The position numbers were made by a program, and so were the translations under genes. A stretch of 64,000 nucleotides of DNA, from assembly GCA_947084965.1 (NCBI GenBank), contig CAMTUG010000001.1, positions 74,166-138,165 on the forward strand. Reading direction: 5' to 3'. Position 1 is the stretch's first letter. Every line of letters begins with the position of its first letter. Below the pieces are notes generated by a model. It saw only the letters and a program-made list of their open reading frames with translations. It was not told the origin of the DNA and searched no databases. Source of the DNA: an uncultured Parcubacteria group bacterium (GTDB lineage: Bacteria > Patescibacteriota > Patescibacteriia > UBA9934 > CAMTUG01). This document shows positions 57,000-64,000 of the stretch, piece after piece.

Positions 57000-57827
57000 C
57001 TATAATTCTTGGCACTTGGGGCAATAGGCGGTCGTCCGACCACCTATTGTTTCTTTTTTGAGCAGTGTTTTGCATCGGCGGCAGGGGAGGCCTTCGCGGC
57101 CGTAGACGTTTAACTTTGGCACGAAGGTGCCTTGATGGCCGTAGACGTCGACGTACGAATCGGCAGATGCGCCGCCGGCGGGGATGGCACGTTTGAGAAC
57201 GGAGATTAGGCCTTTGCAGAGTTGTTTCATCTGGGCGTCCGTGATCTTCTCGACGTTGGTCATCGGATGCAGCTTCGCATACCATACCCCTTCGGCCGCA
57301 TAAATATTTCCGATCCCGGCGATGCAGGACTGCTCGAGTAAAAGTGGCTTGATCCGCTTTTTGGGATGAGCGCGTAGACACATCGCCATTCTCTTCCAGG
57401 TAAAAGACTTTTCAAGTGGCTCGGGTCCATACGCCTGCGCTTCGAGGTGCTTTTCTACTTCGGCATCATCGAGCGCTTTCATAAATCCAAACCGGCGCCA
57501 GTCTTCCCAATGGATCTCTTTTCCTCCGCTCAGTTTGAATACGACGTGTGTATGTTTCGTCGGCTCTGTTCCTGCACGACGTAGAAGTACCCGACCGGTC
57601 ATCTTCAGGTGAATCAAGATGTTCATCCCACCGGAGAGTTTTACAATAACCAACTTTGCTCGTCGTTCAACACGGAGAATCTTTCGTCCTTTGGTTCGTT
57701 TTATAAATGTGTTCGCACTTGGTTCTAACTTCTGCCCAAATCGAACGACCACGTCCTTGATTGTCGTTCCTTTGGTTTCTGTTTCTAATTGTCGGCGCAC
57801 GGTTTCGACTTCTGGGAGTTCGGGCAT
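57000..57827 (-). CDS. mutM: Formamidopyrimidine-DNA glycosylase
   Basis: MPELPEVE N-terminus, C-terminal zinc finger CRRC..CPKC. Confidence 0.9.
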   Translation of the reverse strand: MPELPEVETVRRQLETETKGTTIKDVVVRFGQKLEPSANTFIKRTKGRKILRVERRAKLVIVKLSGGMNILIHLKMTGRVLLRRAGTEPTKHTHVVFKLSGGKEIHWEDWRRFGFMKALDDAEVEKHLEAQAYGPEPLEKSFTWKRMAMCLRAHPKKRIKPLLLEQSCIAGIGNIYAAEGVWYAKLHPMTNVEKITDAQMKQLCKGLISVLKRAIPAGGASADSYVDVYGHQGTFVPKLNVYGREGLPCRRCKTLLKKETIGGRTTAYCPKCQEL

Positions 57828-57933
57828 AGTGATCGAATTATACTCGGGCGGGGGGTTCATTTAAAGACGGTGGGCGGCGGCTCGCCAGCAAGTTGTGTGG
57901 TGAAAAATCGCATTTTTCGATCATATATCATTC

Positions 57934-58005
57934 TGGTTATTAGGAGGTTAATCGTAGGTAACAGTTAGGTTACATCTAGGTTAAGGTTGAAAAAGTGACT
58001 TTTTT
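57934..58005. repeat. Iteron-like repeat, copy B
   Basis: tggttattaggaggttaatcgtaggtaacagttaggttacatctaggttaaggttgaaaaagtgactttttt. Confidence 0.6.
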
Positions 58006-58117
58006 AGCTAACTACAGCCACGGACCATTGACAAAATGGCTTTTTTGTGCTATCCTGCTCGGTCCGGCATCTGGTCCATACAGATGATTTCCCCCGGGTC
58101 CGGCCCCAAGGATTGTC

Positions 58118-58612
58118 ATGCGTTACCTCTTCTTCCACCTCTCGATGTTTTTCTTCGTGGCCTGCAGCGAGGCCCCCGAAGTTCGGACCATCCAGGGCAC
58201 CCTGGCGCTCGAGACCGCCAAGGCGGAACTCGACGCCGAGAAGGCCAAGTCCGCGGACCTCGCCAAGAAGCTCGCCGACGAGCAGGCCAAGGTGCGGGAC
58301 TGTGCCTCGCGCGCGCAGGCGGCCAACTCCGAGCTCTACGACCTGCGCATCGTCGCCGAGACCTACGTGGCGACGCAGCGGCAGCGTGGTGACACGCTCA
58401 TCGTCTGCGAGCTCCTGGAGGGCGAGGGCGAGGGTCGCGCCCCCGTCGGCGAGGCGGTGCTCCTCGTCACCGGCGACGGGGACGCGATCATCAACGGCGA
58501 GCAGGCGGTGGAGTTCGGCGGCAAGTCCTTCGTGACCGACATCCAGAAGGACTGCACCGGCTACCACGTCGTGTACGCCGCCGACGGGACCCCCTCGATC
58601 ACCTGGAACTGA
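58118..58612 (+). CDS. Lipoprotein with coiled-coil segment, GC-rich gene
   Basis: Lipobox FVAC; about 65 % GC. Confidence 0.6.
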   Translation: MRYLFFHLSMFFFVACSEAPEVRTIQGTLALETAKAELDAEKAKSADLAKKLADEQAKVRDCASRAQAANSELYDLRIVAETYVATQRQRGDTLIVCELLEGEGEGRAPVGEAVLLVTGDGDAIINGEQAVEFGGKSFVTDIQKDCTGYHVVYAADGTPSITWN

Positions 58613-59054
58613 CCGCCCCCCGTCGTGGCTGAGAGCTGTACTAGCTCGTACGAGGCCGCGCATCTCTTGGGGAGGCGGTCTTGTATTTTTAGAGACATTT
58701 TTAAAAAAACAGAAAGGGCCCCTGAGATCATCTTGTGTGATGATTCTCAAGGGCCACCTTTCCGTGACACCGAGAGCTAAGGTTCATCGATAAACCCCGC
58801 TTGGATATTTCGATTAAATCATAAATCGCACAAAATGTCAATCGTTTTGTTGTGGATAGTTGACACTATTGGCAGGCGAAGTATCATGTGTCTACGGCGT
58901 TGATTGGGCTACCAACCCAGGAGTCGACGGAGCACGAACGCGTCGTGCAACAAAGAGGTTTGGTGGACGAGAATCGCCAAACAACTCGGGTGGAACCGTC
59001 TGGCGCGAGCTGGATCCCGGGATCTAATACATTTAGGTCGCGGTTTTTGTTTTT

Positions 59055-60842
59055 ATGAGCACAGACACGTTGTTCGCGATGCGGCATTCGGCTGCCCACG
59101 TTATGGCTAAGGCGATCCAGGAATTGTATCCGGGAGCCAAACTTGGTGTTGGTCCGGTGATTGAGAACGGGTTTTATTATGACGTGCAATTTCCTAAACC
59201 GGTTGGTGAGGAAGAACTGCCAACGATTGAAGCGAAGATGCACGAGATCATTAAACGCAACGATGCCTTCCGTCGCGAAGAGATGTCGTTGGATGATGCT
59301 GTCGGATTTTTCCGCAAAGAGGGGCAGGATTTTAAAGTGGAGTTGTTGAAGAGTTTGAAAGAGAAGGGGACGACCTCTGTGAAAGAGGATGAAGCTCTCG
59401 ATGTGGATGCGGCTAAGCCGGACGTGGCGAGCGTCTATTACACCGGCGACTTCGTCGACCTCTGTCGCGGTCCGCATATTGCGCAGGCGAGCGAGATTGG
59501 CGGTGCCTTCAAGCTGACCAAAGTTGCTGGGGCCTACTGGCGTGGAGATGAAAAGAATCCACAGTTGACCCGCATCTACGGCGTTTTGTTTGCCACACAG
59601 GAAGAACTCGACGCGCACTTGACCATGCTTGAAGAAGCGAAGAAACGCGATCATCGCAAGCTCGGGCAAGAGTTGGATCTGTTTGCCTTTTCGCCGCTCG
59701 TTGGTTCGGGTCTCCCGCTCTTTACGCCAAAAGGAACGGTCATTCGCAAGTTGCTTGAAGAATTTGTTTGGTCGCTGATGAAACCGCATGGCTATATGCG
59801 CGTGGATATTCCACACATGGCCAAGGCGGATTTGTACAAGACGAGCGGACACTACGAAAAATTTGCCGACGACATCTTTCACGTCCACAGCAAAAAGTCC
59901 GACGACGAGTTCATCATGAAACCGATGAACTGTCCGCATCACACCCAGATTTACGCTTCGCGTCCGCGTTCGTATCGCGATCTGCCATTGCGCTACTCTG
60001 AAGTGACCAAAGTGTATCGCGACGAAAATACGGGTCAGCTCGCCGGGTTGTCGCGGGTGCGTTCGATTACGCAAGACGACGCGCATATTTTCTGTACGCT
60101 CGACCAGGTGAAAGCCGAGGCGTTGAAGATTCACGATATCATCACCGCCTTCTACGCCATGTTCGACATGCCACTGCGTATTCGTCTGTCCGTGCATGAT
60201 CCAAAAAACCCGGAGAAGTATCTTGGGACGCCAGAGACGTGGACCAACGCCGTTGGAATTCTCGAGGGGTTGTTGAAAGAGCTTGGGAAGGAATACGAAG
60301 TCGGCGTCGGTGAAGCGGCGTTTTATGGACCAAAGATCGACTTTATCGCCAAAGATGCGATCGGCCGCGAATGGCAGTTAGCTACGATCCAGCTCGACTT
60401 CAACTTGCCGGAGCGCTTTGAGCTTGAGTACGTTGATTCGGACGGCACGAAGAAGCGTCCGGTCATGATCCACCGCGCGATCAGCGGTTCGATCGAACGA
60501 TTCATGTCCGTTCTCATCGAACACTACGCCGGCGCCTTCCCGCTCTGGCTTGCTCCGGTACAGGTCCGCCTCTGCCCAGTTGGAGAAGCACATATGGAGT
60601 TCTGCCAATCACTTGCGGCGAAGTTGACCGAGATCGACGCCCGTGTGGACATGGATGAATCTGGCGACAAAGTTGGCGCCAAGATTCGTCGTGCTGCATC
60701 GGAAAAGATTCCATGGACGATCGTCATCGGTGACAAAGAAGTCGCGGGTGAGGATTTCCAGATTCGTGTCTTTGGACAAGAAGATGCGCTAATCCTCTCT
60801 GGTTCTGCGCTCCTCCAGGAACTCAAAAAACAGATCATCTAA
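59055..60842 (+). CDS. thrS: Threonine--tRNA ligase lacking N-terminal TGS domain
   Basis: Starts at editing-domain HSAAH motif; class II motifs; anticodon-binding domain. Confidence 0.9.
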   Translation: MSTDTLFAMRHSAAHVMAKAIQELYPGAKLGVGPVIENGFYYDVQFPKPVGEEELPTIEAKMHEIIKRNDAFRREEMSLDDAVGFFRKEGQDFKVELLKSLKEKGTTSVKEDEALDVDAAKPDVASVYYTGDFVDLCRGPHIAQASEIGGAFKLTKVAGAYWRGDEKNPQLTRIYGVLFATQEELDAHLTMLEEAKKRDHRKLGQELDLFAFSPLVGSGLPLFTPKGTVIRKLLEEFVWSLMKPHGYMRVDIPHMAKADLYKTSGHYEKFADDIFHVHSKKSDDEFIMKPMNCPHHTQIYASRPRSYRDLPLRYSEVTKVYRDENTGQLAGLSRVRSITQDDAHIFCTLDQVKAEALKIHDIITAFYAMFDMPLRIRLSVHDPKNPEKYLGTPETWTNAVGILEGLLKELGKEYEVGVGEAAFYGPKIDFIAKDAIGREWQLATIQLDFNLPERFELEYVDSDGTKKRPVMIHRAISGSIERFMSVLIEHYAGAFPLWLAPVQVRLCPVGEAHMEFCQSLAAKLTEIDARVDMDESGDKVGAKIRRAASEKIPWTIVIGDKEVAGEDFQIRVFGQEDALILSGSALLQELKKQII

Positions 60843-61801
60843 TGATCCCCAAGATTCTCGCCATCGTCGGACCGACCGCGTCCGGCAAATCAGATCTCGC
60901 CATCACCTTCGCCAAACAATTGGGCGGCGAGGTGATTTGCGTTGATTCACGCACGGTCTATCGCGGGATGACGATCGGGACTGCCAAGCCGATCGGACAA
61001 AAAGAATGGAGTGGAGGAGAAGTGATCTGGAAGATTGGGGACGCGGCGCTGATCGTCGACGGTGTGCGGCACTGGGGGATCGACCTGGTTGATCCGAACG
61101 TAGAGTACTCGATCGCAGACTTTAAAAAATACGCCGAAGAAAAGATCGAAGAGATTCTCCATCGGGGGAATCTCCCGATTTTGGTCGGTGGCACCGCGCT
61201 TTGGATGAATGCAATCACGCAGAACCTTGATCTGCCAGAAGTTCCACCTGATCCGACATTACGTGCAGAGCTTGAAACGCAAACAGCAGAAGCACTGTAT
61301 CAACAACTTCTCAAGCTCGATCCAGGAAGTGAGGCGTTTATCGATCCGTTCAACAAACGCCGTCTAATTCGTGCACTTGAAGTTTGTATCAAAACGGGCA
61401 AGCCGTTTTCCGAGCTTCGTCGGGCAGGGGAGTTGAAGTATGACGTGACGACGATCGGCATCGAGATCGATCGCGACGAGCTGCGTAGACGGATTGACGC
61501 ACGCGTCGATCAGATGATTGCACATGGCCTGATCGACGAAGTGCGTTACTTGAAAGATAAATTTGGTTGTGATGTGCCGGCAATGAGTGGAATTGGCTAT
61601 CGTCAGATCTGTTTTTTTCTCGAAGGCCGCGCCAACTTAGAAGCGGCGATTGCCGATACAAAAGCTGACACCTGGCAATTTGCCAAGCGTCAGCTGACCT
61701 GGTGGAAATCTCGTACGGACATTCACTGGGTTACTGGAGTTTTGACGCCAGAATATTTTTTGCAGCTCCGGGATCAGCTTGACCGTCCGTCTCTTTCATA
61801 A
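60842..61801 (+). CDS. miaA: tRNA dimethylallyltransferase
   Basis: P-loop GPTASGKS; TAATG overlap with thrS. Confidence 0.85.
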   Translation: MIPKILAIVGPTASGKSDLAITFAKQLGGEVICVDSRTVYRGMTIGTAKPIGQKEWSGGEVIWKIGDAALIVDGVRHWGIDLVDPNVEYSIADFKKYAEEKIEEILHRGNLPILVGGTALWMNAITQNLDLPEVPPDPTLRAELETQTAEALYQQLLKLDPGSEAFIDPFNKRRLIRALEVCIKTGKPFSELRRAGELKYDVTTIGIEIDRDELRRRIDARVDQMIAHGLIDEVRYLKDKFGCDVPAMSGIGYRQICFFLEGRANLEAAIADTKADTWQFAKRQLTWWKSRTDIHWVTGVLTPEYFLQLRDQLDRPSLS

Positions 61802-63212
61802 TCATCCCGAGGAAGAACTTGATCAGCTGGACTTCGCCGGCTTTGTAGCGTTCGACGTCTTGGGGGAAGTTGGCGAGCACACGATCAACAACTTCGGCTA
61901 ATGCTTCCGTGTCCTCCATCTTGCCGAGTTTGGCGTCTTCCATGATGTGTGTTGGGTCGCCTCCACTTTCGAGCATCTGCGTTAAAATTTTGAGCGCCGT
62001 TGCCTGGGTGACCTGGTTGGAACCGATCAACCCAATCAGTTCGGCAAAGTTTTCTGCCGTAACTTTCATCGTGCGAAGATCCCCGCCACGTTCGTTTAAT
62101 GCCCCAGCAAGTTTGTTGATGATCCAGTTGCCGACCAGTCTCACAAATTTCTTTTGAGCAGCCGGGAGATCTTCTGGGGTAATGTTCACCTGCGATTCCA
62201 TCCAACCGCCAAGCTCCGAAACAACCTGTTCGGCAAACTCAGCCAGCGCTGGATCGGCAACGAGCGCCCGGGCATCGGCCGCGTTAAATCCGTATTCTTC
62301 CATAAACCGCGCGCGCTTGGTGGCAGGAAGTTCTGGTACCCGACCGCGTAACTCTTCCAGTAGATCGCTCAAATCAAGCGATGGGATGTCCGGCTCAGGG
62401 AAGTAGCGATAGTCTGCCTCGGCTTCTTTGGTGCGTTGTTCGACTGTTTTCATCGTATCACCGTTCCATCCGCGAGTGGTCGTGATACTCGGCGGGGAAC
62501 CGGCCTCCCACATCTTTGTTTGGCGATCAATTTCGAACTTGAGCGCTCGCTCAACGTTTCTGAATGAGTTGATATTTTTGACCTCGGTTTTTGGATGGTA
62601 CTGCAGGCCGACGTAATTGCCGTTTCCATCTACCTCACGCAAAGAGATATTGGCATCACAGCGCATCTGCCCTTTTTCCATGTCTGCGTCGCTGATGCCG
62701 AGCGTGCGTACCAAGAGCTGTAGTTCTTGCAAAAAAGTTTTGGCTTCTTCCGGGGAGCGCAGATCTGGCTCGGTCACAATCTCGAGGAGCGGGGTGCTCG
62801 CGCGATTAAAATCAACGAGCGATGCGTCGCCGGCGTGAATGTTTTTTGCCGAATCCTCTTCCAGATGCGCGCGGGTGATCGCTACGCCTTCGATTCGCCC
62901 ACCGCGGACGATCGGTTGATCATACTGTGAGATCTGATAGCCCTTTGGTAAGTCCGGATAAAAATAATGCTTACGATCAAATTTGGAATGGGCTGGCACA
63001 TCGGCCCCGATCGCTAAACCAAATAACACCGCGCGGCGGATCGCTTCGCCGTTGGCGACGGGGAGGGTTCCTGGGTGCCCAAGACAGATCGCGCAGACGT
63101 TCACGTTCGGAGCATCGTGGGCACTGGCGTGGGCCGAACAGGAACAGAACATCTTGGACTTGGTGTTCAGCTGGACGTGAATTTCTAATCCAATAACCGG
63201 CTCGAGGTTCAT
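61731..63212 (-). CDS. gatB: Asp/Glu-tRNA amidotransferase subunit B
   Basis: MNLEPVIGLEIHVQL N-terminus, 493 aa. Confidence 0.9.
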   Translation of the reverse strand: MNLEPVIGLEIHVQLNTKSKMFCSCSAHASAHDAPNVNVCAICLGHPGTLPVANGEAIRRAVLFGLAIGADVPAHSKFDRKHYFYPDLPKGYQISQYDQPIVRGGRIEGVAITRAHLEEDSAKNIHAGDASLVDFNRASTPLLEIVTEPDLRSPEEAKTFLQELQLLVRTLGISDADMEKGQMRCDANISLREVDGNGNYVGLQYHPKTEVKNINSFRNVERALKFEIDRQTKMWEAGSPPSITTTRGWNGDTMKTVEQRTKEAEADYRYFPEPDIPSLDLSDLLEELRGRVPELPATKRARFMEEYGFNAADARALVADPALAEFAEQVVSELGGWMESQVNITPEDLPAAQKKFVRLVGNWIINKLAGALNERGGDLRTMKVTAENFAELIGLIGSNQVTQATALKILTQMLESGGDPTHIMEDAKLGKMEDTEALAEVVDRVLANFPQDVERYKAGEVQLIKFFLGMIMKETDGQADPGAAKNILASKLQ

Positions 63213-63958
63213 ACGCTTTTGGGTTTTTTTCCTTTCGCATCCTCCGCCTTTATATCTAAATAGAGCATCGTTGTGAAGATCACGAAGGGAGCCATGAAGA
63301 AGGCGTCCACAATCGCTTGGACGGTGAGCGCTGCAACAGACGGCGTTTCGTTCATGAAGGTGATTGCACCGGTGGTAGCGACTTCGATCAGAGCAGTGAG
63401 TCCAGAGGACGTCGTGAGGTAGACGGCCAGGAGGACGAGCGTTCCCACCAGAATACGAATGAGGACAGGCCAGAATTTTCCTCGGGTGAGCTCACGACTG
63501 CTGGTCAGTGCTGCGACCCCACGCTTATCATTGAGGACGACTTCCATCTCGGCAAAGGCGTACCAAACGGTTAGAATCACACCAGGAACGATCAGAAGAA
63601 GAAAGCCGATGAGTTGGATGATCCCCGCCAGGAGAGCGATCCAGAATACCGAAGCGATGATCGGGAGTGAGGTGCGGGAGATTATCTCCAGATCGAGTTT
63701 TTTGCGCAATAAAATCCCGGCAGTGATTTTTGTCATGACGATTCCGATCCAGATGGCGAGCACCATGACGAGGATGCTGATCGCCGCTTGGCCGATGAGG
63801 AAATCATCCGGCAGGGCGCCGCTGAGAAAGATCAGCACCGCTTCTGGAATCAAAATCCAGGCAGCGTAACCAAAGTACAACCCAAAATTGCGTTTGTAGA
63901 CCGCGGCAGTCAGTTGCAGGAGTTCGATCGTCGACAGCATATTATTTCGCTGTCTCAC
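63209..63958 (-). CDS. Polytopic membrane protein, unknown
   Basis: 6 predicted TM helices; ATGA overlap with gatB. Confidence 0.5.
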   Translation of the reverse strand: MRQRNNMLSTIELLQLTAAVYKRNFGLYFGYAAWILIPEAVLIFLSGALPDDFLIGQAAISILVMVLAIWIGIVMTKITAGILLRKKLDLEIISRTSLPIIASVFWIALLAGIIQLIGFLLLIVPGVILTVWYAFAEMEVVLNDKRGVAALTSSRELTRGKFWPVLIRILVGTLVLLAVYLTTSSGLTALIEVATTGAITFMNETPSVAALTVQAIVDAFFMAPFVIFTTMLYLDIKAEDAKGKKPKSV

Positions 63959-64000
63959 GCAAGTTTTTGTAGACGATGGTATTGGCAGAGAGGATAAGTG

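Noticed and set aside
58884-60197. 437-aa minus-strand ORF
   Set aside because: Antisense to thrS, which is unambiguous.

Overview
This 64 kb window looks like a chromosomal segment from a small-genome bacterium, consistent with CPR/Patescibacteria. Background GC is about 52-55 %. It carries a giant secreted Cys-rich protein (3033 aa), a VirB4/VirB6 type-IV-secretion-like locus, ComFC, three tRNAs with encoded CCA, a ThrRS lacking the N-terminal TGS domain, and promoters of the extended -10 type (TGcTATACT) ending 6-10 nt before the start codon at most sites (near-leaderless). Housekeeping genes include partial groL, prfB with its +1 frameshift, tsaC, rsmA, recG, radA, clpC, htpX, lemA, pgm, murI, rseP, pheST, dnaE, mutM, thrS, miaA and gatB. 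Unusual content: (1) a GC-rich block (about 15.5-20.3 kb) of three lipoprotein genes, one a 689-aa M23 peptidase, with AGGAGG ribosome-binding sites and a duplicated terminator hairpin, bordered by an ORF6N/KilA-N gene flanked by three 23-25 nt perfect palindromes; further GC-rich genes at 30.3-31.2 kb and 58.1-58.6 kb; (2) a palindromic 95-120 bp intergenic repeat family (CGAAATACGAAA arms) present in at least 6 copies immediately upstream of start codons, with partial copies inserted in-frame in ksgA, pheT and the ends of prfB/htpX, resembling Rickettsia palindromic elements; (3) a purine-rich element (GAGGAAAGAGGGGAGAGGAAAGA) inserted in-frame in three unrelated genes; (4) a 60-bp direct duplication of the tRNA-Arg 3' end plus terminator flanking a 147-bp hairpin-rich insert, consistent with an integration scar; (5) a 70-nt iteron-like array of helically phased AGGTWAC repeats at two loci. 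No rRNA or CRISPR array was seen.
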